Part shown: one piece after another, positions 14,586-26,899 of the stretch
How the letters are laid out: each line of letters begins with the position of its first letter
How positions within the stretch are numbered: the first letter of the stretch is position 1
Source: Octopus sinensis
Lineage: Eukaryota
Assembly (NCBI RefSeq): GCF_006345805.1
Contig: NC_043000.1
Coordinates: forward strand, 145,080,001 to 145,144,000
Reading direction: 5' to 3'
Length of the DNA stretch: 64,000 nt
Program-made: the position numbers and the translations under genes
Notes under the pieces: model-generated
Database searches by the model: none
The model's input: only the letters and a program-made list of their open reading frames with translations
What the model was told of the DNA's origin: nothing

Positions 14586-16467
14586 TGCATATATATATAT
14601 ATTGAATTTAAGTGCCAAATTTGAATTTTACGCAGCTGTAATAATGCAAACATTATTGTGTTGATGTCACATACTTACTGCATGTGTTAAATTTATGCGC
14701 CCATTGGCTGCAACATAGTTCAGCGGGAAAATTCCCTTTAAGCTACCGAGCTTTAGAAAACAAGGAATACTTCAAATCAGGAGAATTTTGTATGTTGATC
14801 TCTTATGTAAACTGTATGTTTGTCTTGCACACAATGCACATCTTAACTATATATATGTGTGTGAGTGCATGTGTGCGTTCTTGTGTCTCTTGGTGTCTGT
14901 GTGTTACGATCCATGAATTACGATCTGTGTTCTTAATGAAATTAAAATAATTTTCTTTACTTTTAAGCACTAAATTATGTCGTCCTTCGACCACGCCGTT
15001 ATTTTTTATCAATAACATATCAGTTGTAGTTCGACAGAACCAATGGAAACTGAAAGATATTTTTACCACTCGCCTTTTCAGTCATCTTTTTAGTTTACTG
15101 TATACAATTTGTATCTACGTTATCCAATTTATACATAACCTTTTTAAACAACATAAAGCGTGGTTTAGTTTCAGAAATTTTGCTGCAGGCCGTAAAAGTT
15201 TAAGTAAAGAATCAGAGACGCCCGCATAAGTCCACCTCGGTTTATTTTCTATATGTTAATAGAAAGGAATAAGGTAGAAGCTGAAATATGACCCGCTAAA
15301 TACCTATACATTCAAAACTGAAAAATCATATTTTATTTCTTCGAAAAACTAATTATTCCAATCTGGCAACAACCCAATTTTATCCCTATCGTTTAATTTT
15401 ATTAGTAATTACGTAAATCATAAGCTAAATTTTGTAAAATATTCCTACAGGTTTATTGATAGATTTTCATCTTTAAAGAAGACTGGTAAATATATAACTT
15501 CAGTTTCGCCAACGTAATGCGTGCAGTAGTAATTTCAAAATTATATTGGTCGAAATAGGGATATTTATTTTGGGAAATGTATTTCAGACTAAAATATATT
15601 TCTAGTGAAGTTGAATATTTAATATATAAAACGATTTATTTATACTTCATGAATTGTTGCACAATTTGGTTTCATTTCTGTACTGTGTGATATCACAAAT
15701 GAATAGATATGCCTCGTAACGTTATTTATGCTGAGAGTTTTATCTGGTTTTCTAGAAATCGGCAGGTAATATAGTAGCAGCTTTCTTTGTATCACTAATT
15801 CTTCTAGGCGAATAATCGTCTCGATATCTAAATGTGCTCTTTATCTTCATACATCTTTGTGTAACCATGCGGATGCATAAAGCATATCATTCCTGTAGTA
15901 TATGCATTGAATAATCTCTGTAAATATCGTAGTGAACTCGCAAGGTAATAAATCTCCACACTAACATACTTGCAACCATTCTGCAATTGGATTATATAAT
16001 GTTCGGTTATCTGCTTTCATTATTATTAGCGTCAGATTTTCTCCACTACATTGAACCGCTGTTGCTGCTGAAGATACTGGGAATTAACATTAAATGTTAA
16101 GGATCGCTGCAATATAAACTAGCAAGTATCACAAGAAAATCAATCGAAAGAACTAACCATAAAATGGAATTCTTTACATAGTGTTTAAAGTCATTCCTCA
16201 ATTTATTTTCGATTTACTACTTTTCATAGACGCAATACGATAGGGATCAATTTCAAGCCCAACAGGCATACCATATTGAACAACGTGTGTTTCCTTTACA
16301 GACAACTCTTATACAAACTCATATTCTTTACTGGAAAGTTGGTATTAACGATATAACATTTTATTGCACAAAATTTGATATATACTTATTGATAATGAAG
16401 AATGAACGTACAAATCCTAGCTGCTCCGGCACAGTATTTAGAAATATTGTCTGATGTTAATCTGTAT

Positions 16468-16538
<71 letters not shown>

Positions 16539-16600
16539 TATAGATAGATAGATAGATGGATTGATTGATTGATTGATTGATTGATAGATAGATAGATAAC

Positions 16601-17672
16601 TTTCTTTATTGGCCACACAGGGCTGCACACAGATGGGACAAGTTACAAGGTAGAGCTTTTCTTTTGGGGGATGAAAAAAAGGGGGTGGCGTAGGTTTTCG
16701 ATCAAGAGGGATCGTAAAAGGGAAGTAAAGAACAAAAAAAAATAAAAAAAGAAGAAAAAAAATAGAATAAAAAATAAAAAGAATAAAAGAAAAAAAAAGA
16801 AAGGTAAAGGAACAAAAGAAAAGAGAAATGAAAAAAGAAGAAAAAGTGGAAAAAAAAGGGGAAGAGGAAAAAAAAGGAACGATCAATAGGGATCGTGTAT
16901 CACAGTGTCATGATGTATGGTGTAAAGGGGAAAGCAAATAAGGTTTATCCGTGGGAAGAAAAGCCTACGAAAAAGACCACGGTAACCTCGGTCAATATTG
17001 TTATATGTTACTACATCTGTTTGCAAGTGGGTAACCCTCTGTTTTCAATTTCTGGGTTCATAGGATTATGCTCAAGGTGACTTCGTCATTCATACGTGCC
17101 ATCCTTGCTACATTCACCCATCTTTTTTTAAAACATTCGCTAGACAAAACTTGCCTCTCTACTCTCACTTTCCTTTTCAAGTGGTACTTGAAGAAGTTGA
17201 TGAGAGATTGACCAGAGAGGAAAGTGTTTGTTTCCAATCCTTTCAGACGCGTCCACCAGATACATTCTTTCGCCATAGCCACAAGGATGATGAAAATAGC
17301 TCTTCCTTCCCGTTTGAAGGAAGGAGGCATGACAATATTGACGATAGACTCAGCTGATAAACCGACTCGTCCCACACGTGACAGCAGTTGTTCGACACAA
17401 GCCCACAGGTCGGAAATTGTTGGACACTGCACGAGTGCGTGCAGAACGGTTTCGTCGCTCTGACCGCATCTCGGGCAGGTCGGCCCCGTGTTTCTCGAGC
17501 CGTGTCTGTAGAGCTTATCCCGAACGGGTAGCGCTTCTCGGTAACACTGCCAGGCCAGGGATCTCTGGAAGTTGTCCATGGGCCCTGGCCCGAAAGTCGT
17601 CCTGAACAGGCGGGTCAGGTACTCCTCGTCGACGTCCAGGTTCGCCCCGAGCTCGTCGTCGTACCTCCCCTC
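16601..17672 (-). mobile_element. 5'-truncated Tx1/L1-clade LINE (copy A)
   Basis: ORF 17058-17579 encodes the L1-type C-terminal zf-RVT/CCHC region (LAWQCYREALPVRDKL..CPRCGQSDETVLHALVQC), followed by a 3'UTR ending AATAAAGAAA. (GATA)n on both sides. Confidence 0.85.
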
Positions 17673-17755
<83 letters not shown>

Positions 17756-17757
17756 TG

Positions 17758-20700
17758 TTTCTTTATTGGGCACAGATTGCTTAACACAGAGGGGACAAAA
17801 TATAAAGTAGAGGTTTTCTTTTGGGGAAAAAAAGAGAAAACATGGGTCGAATTCCGATCATAGTCGGGCAAAATCCTGTTGAAAGGCCTCACACATTTTA
17901 CTTGGCTTGAGTAATTCTCAATTCTCTTCATCTACCAGAGAACAAATGGTAAATATGTTGCCATATTTCGCCTTCGCCACCCGGGCCTCTCACGTGGACC
18001 CAGCACCTTCGTTCCTTAGAGCACTCATCCTAGCTCTGCCAACACACACTCACTGCCAAAACGTAAGATACGATGCCACTTTTAATCGCCTCTTCTAGCT
18101 TCTTAACTAGGTCGCCCTCTACTCTGTTTCTATCTTTGGCTAGTGCTTTGCTATGCCTAATCGCTTCTGCTTTTATTGCTCTCTTCAGGGAAAACCACCA
18201 TTTGTTGTTGATGATGGCTCCTGTCAAGATCCTCTAATGCTAATCCGGTCTCTGAAAACCTGTCTCGATAGGAAAGAGGCGTTTAGTTTCCAGTACCGGG
18301 GACCCTGCCTATGTGTCTTATCTAAGTCTAGCTTACACGTTACGAGTTTGTGATCAGTTTAGCTTACTATGTGGGTTTGTGGACGCCCTACGCTATCTTT
18401 ATCTACTATCCTATACTGTATCCTATCTAGATACGATATCGACGACCCGATGCGGTTACTCCATGACCACGTTGGTGCATTCGGGTGGTCGAGTCGGTAC
18501 CTGTCAGACAGTTGAAAGCGTCTGAGCATTTCTCAGGGGCATTTGCATCCCCGTCTCTCCTATCTCTACCGACGTAGTCTACATATGTATCCAAGGTAGC
18601 ATTCAAATCCCCCACTAAAAGTAATGGACGAGATGTTCCTAGGTATACTTCTAGACGTCGAAAGGCGGTGCGTAGACTGATACTAGTCGAAAAGCGCACC
18701 CGTTGCTGCTGTCGACATCCGGGATGACTAGTCTACCTTCCGGGTCTATGAATATTGTCTTTACTTCAAGATCCAGACTCTTGTGAAAAAGTACCGCGGT
18801 GCCACTACCGCCCATTCTCGGCGGACAGGGAGAAAAATAAATGTTTAACTTTCTGCCAAACATGGACTTTAGGTCTCATGGATTATGGAGTCTGGTTTTA
18901 CTTATGGGTATGATTTCTAACCTGTGTGTATCTTTATGTCATTTAAGAAATATCCTTGTTTCCAAGTGGAACCCAAGCCCCGCGCATTCATGCAGCCAAT
19001 CTTGACCATATTCCTAGTGAGTTGAAACACAAATGAAAGCAACAGAGAGTTACTTACTGTTCGAAAGTTTTTGCTTTCTCCTCCTTCGGTTTGTCATCGA
19101 TGAGATTCCAATACAGTTTTTCGTAAGGTATTTTTGGCCTTTACTAACCGCACAGGGGAAAATGCATTTTATTGTGTGGTGTAGGCTTCGTAAGATGTGT
19201 AGCATTTTGTTGTGCTCCGATGGTGTTGTGTATCGGTGGTTGTTTTTACGTCATCTTTTGTTATGTTTGTTTTTGATTTGATGTATTCCATCAACTCTGT
19301 GTTTTTAGTATCTATAGCATTGAGCATGTTTGCAGCATATATTTTTGTGGTGTTGGTGTTTCTGTTGCTGTTGTTTGTTGTAGGTTTCGAAATCTCTTCG
19401 GGAGATGTTCGCGTTTGCGTTTGGTTTGGTTCTTTTTTGCTCCCTTTCCTCGTTCCTGTTTTTGGCTATTTGCCATTTCTCACTGCTTTCGTCTTCCGAC
19501 GGAATTTCTGAGGAATGAGAATAGGGTAAGGGCATGTTGTAGGCTTCTATGTACGTTTGTGTAAGTGGTTGTGTTGTTGTTTTCGTTGATGTTGGTTGTT
19601 GATTGTTTGGGTTTGTATGCGTGGTGTAGGGGATGGGGTAGCTCTCTTTCACTCTCTTTTCACACTTTTACTTGTTTCAGTCATTTGACTGCGGTCATGC
19701 TGGAGCACCGCCTTTAATCGAGCAACTTGAGCCCGGGACTTGTTCTTTTTGTAAGCCTAGTACTTATTCAATCGGTCCCTTTTGCCGAACCGCTAAGTGA
19801 CAGGGACGTAAACACACCAGCATCGGTTGTCAAGGGGACAAACACAGACACACAAACACACACACACATACATAAATATATATACATATATGCGACAGGC
19901 TTCTTTCAGTTTCCGTCTACCAAATCCACTCACAAGGCATTGGTCGGCCCGGGGCTATAGCAGAAGACACTTGCCCAAGATTCCACGCAGTGGGACAGAA
20001 CCCGGAACCATGTGGTTGGTTAGCAAGCTACTTACCACACAGCCACTCCTGCGCCTCTGTGTATTTTTTTCTTTTTCTGTTCCTTTAGTCCTTGCTGTTG
20101 TTGGTGGTGTTGGTATTTTCTCAGTTGTTGCATCATTTTCGATTGTTGATGGATGTTGCTAGGTGTACTTCTTCTGTCGTCTTCTCTGTTGATGGTTTTG
20201 TGGGTAGTAGTGCTTTTGTCTCGGATTGTTTTGGTTCTGGTTGTTGTTGTTGTTGTTGCTCTTCTTATGCGTCGGTTGCACACTTCTTTTTCAAATGTGT
20301 TTCGCTGCCGTGCAGATAGCAGCGTGGTTGCCTGCCCTCCACCAGTACATTTAGTGTGTAGCCTTCTGGCAGACCTATAGTGGTCGGTATCTTCTCTGTT
20401 GTTGTTTCATCAATTTGAAGAAGTAATTGAATTGTTTTTCTCACCCAGTTATGCTGTTCTAGAACAGCTATTTCGAGAATGCTTGTCTCTGCCATTTCCA
20501 AATAGATGGCAGAGACTAGCCATTGTGTTTCTACTTTTGGTGGCGCATTTTATTGTGACTTTCGTCATCCTCTGATCTAAATAAGTCGGTATCATGACCA
20601 AGTAATCTGTATACAGAGCCAATGGGGAAAATCGTTTCGCTAAATTTTAATTGTGGAAACTTATTGAACTTACCAAATTCATGCCACCATTTGACGTATT

Positions 20701-20848
20701 CCGTGTGAGCCCATACAGGGTGAAGGTATTTTTCTATTTTTTGCTGCGGGGTACTTTCCGGTCATCTTGTCTTCGTAATGATAACTTGTATATGATTGTT
20801 TTTTTGTTTTTTTTGGGCTTCCCATGATGTGTTGTGGGACGTGGAGAC
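17758..20848 (-). mobile_element. Degraded, internally deleted Tx1/L1-clade LINE (copy B)
   Basis: APE endonuclease relics (GTAVLF, DPEGRL, FRLVSVYAP, LLLVGDLNA) at 18.4-18.9 kb. ORF1-like relic at 20.2-20.6 kb. 3' end homologous to copy A. (GATA)n on both sides. Interrupted by a SINE. Confidence 0.75.
19666..20056 (-). mobile_element. Full-length tRNA-derived SINE family A
   Basis: Minus-strand head aggcgcaggagTGGCTGTGTGGtaag...GGTTCTGTCCC (A/B-box-like), central CA/TA tract, LINE-like 3' tail. Homologous to 22696-23554. Confidence 0.85.
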
Positions 20849-20938
<90 letters not shown>

Positions 20939-21215
20939 CTTGATAGATAGATGATAAATAGATAGATAGATATCGGTGTGTGCACGCACACATGCACTCG
21001 TGTATTGATCATGACAACTATTGGCAAAATACAGCAATTAAGCATTCTGAAGTTAATTATGTATTCTGTTTTAATAAACCTCTGTAGCAATTGTAACTGT
21101 AATGTACAGATATTAATTCGTGTTAGAAAATTAACAGAAGATAGTCAACATACCCCATGTATTCACAAAACAAGTATCATACCAAAGAAATGACGACACA
21201 CTATATACTTATACC

Positions 21216-21448
21216 TATTTCTTTACTACCCACAAGGGGCTAAACACAGAGAGGACAAACAAGGACGGACAAACGGATTAAGTGGATTACAGTGACCCCA
21301 GTGCGCAACTGGTACTTATTTAATCGACCCCGAAAGGATGAAAGGCAAAGTCGACCTCGGCGGAATTTGAACTTACAACGTAGCGGCAGACGAAATACTG
21401 CTAAGCATTTGGCCCGGCGTGCTAGCGTTTCTACCAGCTCGTCACCTT
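21216..21448 (-). mobile_element. tRNA-derived SINE family B (Nin-domain-like core)
   Basis: Minus strand ggtgacgagctggtagaaacgctagc...gttcaaattccgccgaggtcgactttgcctttcatcctttcggggtcgatt. Probable TSD tacttatacc at 21206-21215 and 21456-21465. Confidence 0.85.
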
Positions 21449-22211
21449 AACTACTTACTTATACCATTTACATTATGCAGTAGCGTGGAGTGTATTTCTA
21501 AGATGGTCGGAGACATAACATAAGTGGAATATCAGATTTAAGCTTCAGCCACCTACTTAGAACAGCTTTGAAAAGATGCAAAACCTTGGAAGTAGGGCTA
21601 CAAAACTTGACGATCTAATGCATATATGAAATTATATTGTGATATAATTGAATAAACGAGTGTATACGTATATACAAAGTCAGAGCGAGATCTTTTCATA
21701 TGTTTATAAGCACAAACAAGTATGTCAATATATATGTAGCATAAGTGTATGCTTATATATTCTTGTTTGCACTCGCTTCTCAATAATTTAGTATATGTTC
21801 ATACTGAAAATATTTTACGTGTCTACAAATCGTGTTTTTTTCATCAAAATCACTTTACCTTACTTGATAATCTCCTTTTATAGTTTTAAATATATTTCTT
21901 CGAAGAGATAAAAGACTACTTGATTGATATATTTTTCAAATATTTTTCAACTACAGTTCGCTAAAATATTGATTTAGTGTCAAGAATATGTCATACATTC
22001 TAATAAATATCAAATTTATATTGGTTCCATAACAGAATTTCCGAACTAGACATGCAATGTAATGCACAATATTTTTGTAATGCATATATGAGTAAAATTA
22101 TTTATTTTAAATCTCTTCATATCAACCTAAAACTAAACTTAATTTAAGTTCATACTTACATATTCATACATACACACATGCTATATCTCTCTCTCTTTCT
22201 CTCTCCCTCTT

Positions 22212-22242
<31 letters not shown>

Positions 22243-22917
22243 TTATCTCTCTATCTCCCTCACTTACACTCACACACACACGTACATCACACATCATGCA
22301 CACACAGACATATTTACATTCATACACCGACTCGAACGCATTCATACACGCACGCATAGATATATATCTATATTCATAGGTTTAGGTGTGTTTATACATA
22401 CTCACATATTTTATGAATTCGAGAGATCAATACAATATATGTAAAGGCAGTTTTATCTTTCGATTATACAGACAAATTCAATATTTTGTGATCTTCGTGT
22501 TGTAAATTGTTCTCCTCCTAACAATATAACTCGTTACGGTTGCCAAACACGGGGTAAGTGATTGGATAGCTTTGAGCACAGAGTAACCGTGTTTGTTAGC
22601 GTGTCTATGTGTATCTGGGAGTGCATTATTGAAGAAAGCCCTAGGAGTTCTGTTATCACTGTGCAATGAACGATGGAGTTGAAGGATATATATATTCTTT
22701 TATTCTTCTATTTGTTTCAGTCATTTGACTGCGGCCATGCTAGTGCACCGCCTTCAACCGAGCTAATCGACCTCAGGACTTCTTCGTTATAAGCCTAACA
22801 TTTATTCTATCGGTCTCTTTGCCGAACCTCTAAGTTACGGGGACGTATACACACCAGCATCGGTTGTCAAGCGATGTTGGTGAGACAAACACACACATAA
22901 ATATATATGTATGTATG

Positions 22918-22986
<69 letters not shown>

Positions 22987-23033
22987 GTACTTGCATAGCA
23001 AGTGATTTGATCTGAGATCGTGTGCTGGAACGA

Positions 23034-23300
23034 AAACAATTGCAGCGTGGAAGGTGTTTGTAAGCCATTTAAGAAACACACAAAAGCCGTTCGATTCACT
23101 TCAACATATAAGTTTAATTTGTCAAAATATTTTCGTCGCAATAACACAAAAATCCGTGCTGCACGGATTTTTGTCAGTGAACAGGTCTCGGTCTTATAGC
23201 GACGAAAATATTTTGACAAATTAAACTTATATGTTGAAGTGAATCGAACGGCTTTTGTGTGTTTCTTAAATGGCTTACAAACACCGTCCACGCTGCAATT

Positions 23301-23304
<4 letters not shown>
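23034..23304. repeat. Long palindrome: 106-bp arms with an inner 14-bp hairpin
   Basis: 23034-23139 is the reverse complement of 23199-23304 with one mismatch seen. Inner acaaaaatccgtgc-t-gcacggatttttgt centred on 23160. Confidence 0.95.
23170..23220 (+). ncRNA. Minimal type I hammerhead-like motif with G3-C8 core variant
   Basis: TTTGTCA-GTGAACA-G-GTCTC-ggtcttata-GCGAC-GAAA-ATAT-TT-TGACAAA: 7-bp stem I, stem II with one mismatch, palindromic stem III. Confidence 0.6.
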
Positions 23305-23377
<73 letters not shown>

Positions 23378-24619
23378 TATATATATATACGGCGTGTTTC
23401 TTTCAGTTTCCCGTCTACCAAATCCACTCACAAGGCTTTGATCGGCCCGAGGCTATAGTAGAAGTCACTTGCCCAAGGTGCTACGCAGTGGGACCGAACC
23501 TGTAACCATGTGTTTGGTAAGCAAGCTACTTACCACGCAGCCACTCCTGCGCCTGTATACATATACTTTCTTATTAAAGCTGCAAACAATTCACAAAAAT
23601 GTCACAGTTGTAATCCTTTGGATCCAGAAGAACACAACTGCCCGATGAACGGGGAAGTGAACTCTGATTAGTACTTTGTGATATTTTTGTGATGTTTTTG
23701 TAGAATTAATAATACGGCTTATTATTTGCGTCCGGCATTCGAGTACTGGTCTTCCCTACCTTGTTTCACATTTATATGCTTACCCTAGTACATAAATAAA
23801 TATATGTGTTTGTGTGTTCAGGTTTTGCGAAAACTATTAAATGACGTGACCATATAAGGTGCGAGATCTGGTTAATAGGGTACAATATAAATCGCTTTGC
23901 GGCTCGGTTGGCAACTGCTCAGCGCTAATTTAAGAGATAGGTAGGTCGAAGCATTATTTGAACCGGAATATGAATAAAAGTTCATCTAAAAATATATAAA
24001 TATAGTTGATTATGAAGAAAAATAATACTGAGAATTATTGTATGTATTTTGTCATTGGTATTAAGTACACATTACTTCGTAAATATGGAGAGGAGATTAA
24101 TGGGTATCAATGTTTTAAGCTGAAGTTATTCTGATGGACTGAAGTGTAAAACCTGATATTTTGATATATTAAGATTATGAAATGTGATATTCACATAGAT
24201 GTGTCTGTCTTTTAGTGTGTGTACGTAGATTTGAGTATGTAAATATGTTTCAAACATATTCATTCAACTGCAGTAGTTTCCCACGAATTTTTATGTTCGA
24301 TAATTTCCTCAGAAGAATACCGTAGTTGACTCCGCTTAGGACTTTATCGAAGACAAAATTAAAGCTCTGTGTTGACCCACCAACTCAAAAGCACTGAAAA
24401 GAGAGAGAGGGGGGAGACAGACAAAGGGAAAGAGAGAGAAAGGAAGAGTAAGAAAGAGAGAGAGAGACTGAGAGTAATATTTCTACTGTAGAATCTCCAC
24501 TGAGGTTTGGTATTTTCCATAATGAATTGAGTATAATCTTTCAGTGGGACGGCCAATAAATCGGTGTCATCTATGCAATATGACAAATGAAAGATGGGTT
24601 TTATGCTATTATAATAGTT

Positions 24620-25095
24620 TGCAGGTTTGTAAGGATTAAACTCTTGAGGATATGTTGCTGTGTGCTATTATAATGATTAGCGGCGCTCTTCTAGACTGTG
24701 AGAATAATTTCTGAGACGTGTGTCTAGAGACATTCACGCAGGAGGTATAAGCCTAAGACTTAGCAAAGCACTCGTGTATGCTGTAATATTCTTGTGAGTT
24801 GTGTCTTGACCAATTGTTTGATTACGGGTGATCCTATGTTGATTTATTTTGTCATTCTTCTTGTATGAGTGGAAATATTGAGAGTTACAATCACGTCGTT
24901 CTCCCTGCATTGGAAGGATTTAGTCTGGCTGCGGTATTAGCTGACGAATAGTTGGATTCAGATAAGACAAAATTGGTAACGATAGGATCCTTCAGATGAA
25001 AGTAATTGTAGCTGAAGTAGATGAAGAAAGAGTCGGCGAAGGCATCAATCATGAAGCTAGAATCGCCTGCGGAATATAAAGATTCGGTTACCATG
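24620..25095 (-). pseudogene. Possible ancient LINE RT relic
   Basis: Minus-strand IDAFADS (YADD-like), then RLNPSN (FN.SK-like). Otherwise heavily decayed. Confidence 0.25.
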
Positions 25096-25289
25096 GAACT
25101 TTATATGTTAAATGACTATTAACGGCAATGTGGTTTATCAGCAGTAGTTACTCAGATCAGTGCTTAGAGGATGTTGTTTTTGCTGTTGTTCTGATTTTAT
25201 TAGTTTTACAATTGTAATTTACCAGACTACATTATTGTTTTTATCAGTTTTCCTTTTCTAATACTGTTGTATTGCACATTCAACGTACG

Positions 25290-26625
25290 ATATACCGTTC
25301 TGTATATCACTGTCCTTCTCCAGGTACTATTGGTCACCTCCTCTGGAGAAGTGGCCAATAGTCTCCTCATTCTGGAGCAGCTACTTGCGACTTCCAATCT
25401 TCTTCAGGTCCATTACCCTTGCACTTCCAATGTGTTTGTAGCGTTGGTCGCTCGACAACCAACCGCCGACATACAACAAACGACGTGTTCTAGCGAACAT
25501 TACATTTCAAAATCCTTCACTTCAAACTTGGGAAAGACCGTCAATCATAAAACAAGCCCGTAGGCGAAACAGCAATAACAATTAAACTCTCGGCATTACT
25601 CTTAAGTCAGTGAAATCCACATGCAGTCTAAACTATGCTGAATCTGTTTTGGGCCACGGCTCTATCTGCACCGGGGGCGCCTTTGCTGCCATGGCGCAAC
25701 CCCTAAATTTTTTTACAATTCTTGGGTCTTTACAGTTAACTGTTTTTGTTTGCATTTTTTTTTCAATCTAATTTTCGTCATTTAAAATTTTACTTACTGT
25801 ATTTACTTCTTCAGGTACTGTATTTATGCCTTTGCTTGATAAACGTGTTTTGTTTCGGCTACGAAGTTATTTTGTTTTATTAAATCGCAATATTGGACTT
25901 TTGCGCGTTATTTGTTGTTGTTGTAACAAATTTTAGCGGCATAGTTACGGTTTTATAGTGTTTTCCACTTCTGGAAGGCGGAAACCTATAATCATAGTGG
26001 AATTATTTTTTGATTTGTCTGATACTTCTGTTTTCTCGTCGGACGAAGAAGAAATGATTACTGAGGCAATGGACAGAATGATAATCGAACCCGAAGTAAA
26101 TACCGAACTAAAAGTTGTTTTAAAAAAAAGCACCAATTTTGCTGCAGCCGCTAGTGTGAATAAAAGACACGTTCCAACGGAAAAAGTAAGTGGACAAATA
26201 CAGTGGAATAATTCGAAGAGAGGGTTTCGACAATAGTCATTTTCACATTTTCTGGGCATTTTCAATAGCCTCCTCCGTCGCTATCTCAATTTTCTTGCTT
26301 TATAAAGACAGCATTCTGTATACCACTGTGCTTCTCCTGCTACTATTGGTCACTTTCTTTGGAGGAGTCCGTCTGAGGCTTTCCCCCTCCTTCTGGAGCA
26401 GCTCCCTATGACTTCCAATCTTTCTGAAGTCTAATGCTACCTCTCGCACTTCCAATGTGTTTGGAGCGTTCGTCACGCGAATGCTCGCTCTCCAATAACT
26501 ACCGACATGTTCTGGCGAACAGTCCATTTCAAAATTCTTTACGTCCAACCAAGGAAAAGAACCTTAATCAAAAAACAAGTACGCAGGCGAAAGCACAGTA
26601 ACAATTCAACTCTCGTGTTTACTCT
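25290..26625. repeat. Pair of diverged direct repeats of about 320 bp
   Basis: About 25290-25602 and 26308-26625 share colinear blocks: ttctgtat, tactattggtcac, ttctggagcagct, gacttccaatct, gcacttccaatgtgtttg, catttcaaaat, aggcgaaa, taacaatt.aactctcg. Confidence 0.75.
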
Positions 26626-26899
26626 GGATGTTCTCTTGTGTATGTCCATTTATATTGTGGCACAGTCCATTAGGAGACAACTAATAGGAGTGTTCTATTT
26701 CCACAAAACAAATACGATAACAGGTTCTCTGTTTATCGTAATACCTACAAAGCAAGAAGCGGAGGGAGAGGAGGGGAAGAAAAACGAAAATAAGAAGAAA
26801 AAGAAGAAGAAAATGATGAAAACGATGAAAAAAAAAAGAAGAAGAACTATACAGTCCCTGGCAGTTATAGAATTATCAAATAGAGTAATTTAACAAATT

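Larger units (their letters stand above)
22696..23554 (-). mobile_element. SINE family A copy interrupted in its central microsatellite by a foldback insert
   Basis: Both SINE halves (22696-22900 and 23388-23554) match 19666-20056. The insert at 22985-23304 sits in the TA/GA tract. Confidence 0.85.

Noticed and set aside
15100-16400. Possible MULE-like transposase relic on the minus strand
   Set aside because: Only vague fragments (FNFTRNIF); too weak without a profile search.
19980-20056. tRNA genes at SINE heads (also 21.4, 23.5 and 34.7 kb)
   Set aside because: A/B-box-like motifs continue into SINE bodies and do not form a full cloverleaf.
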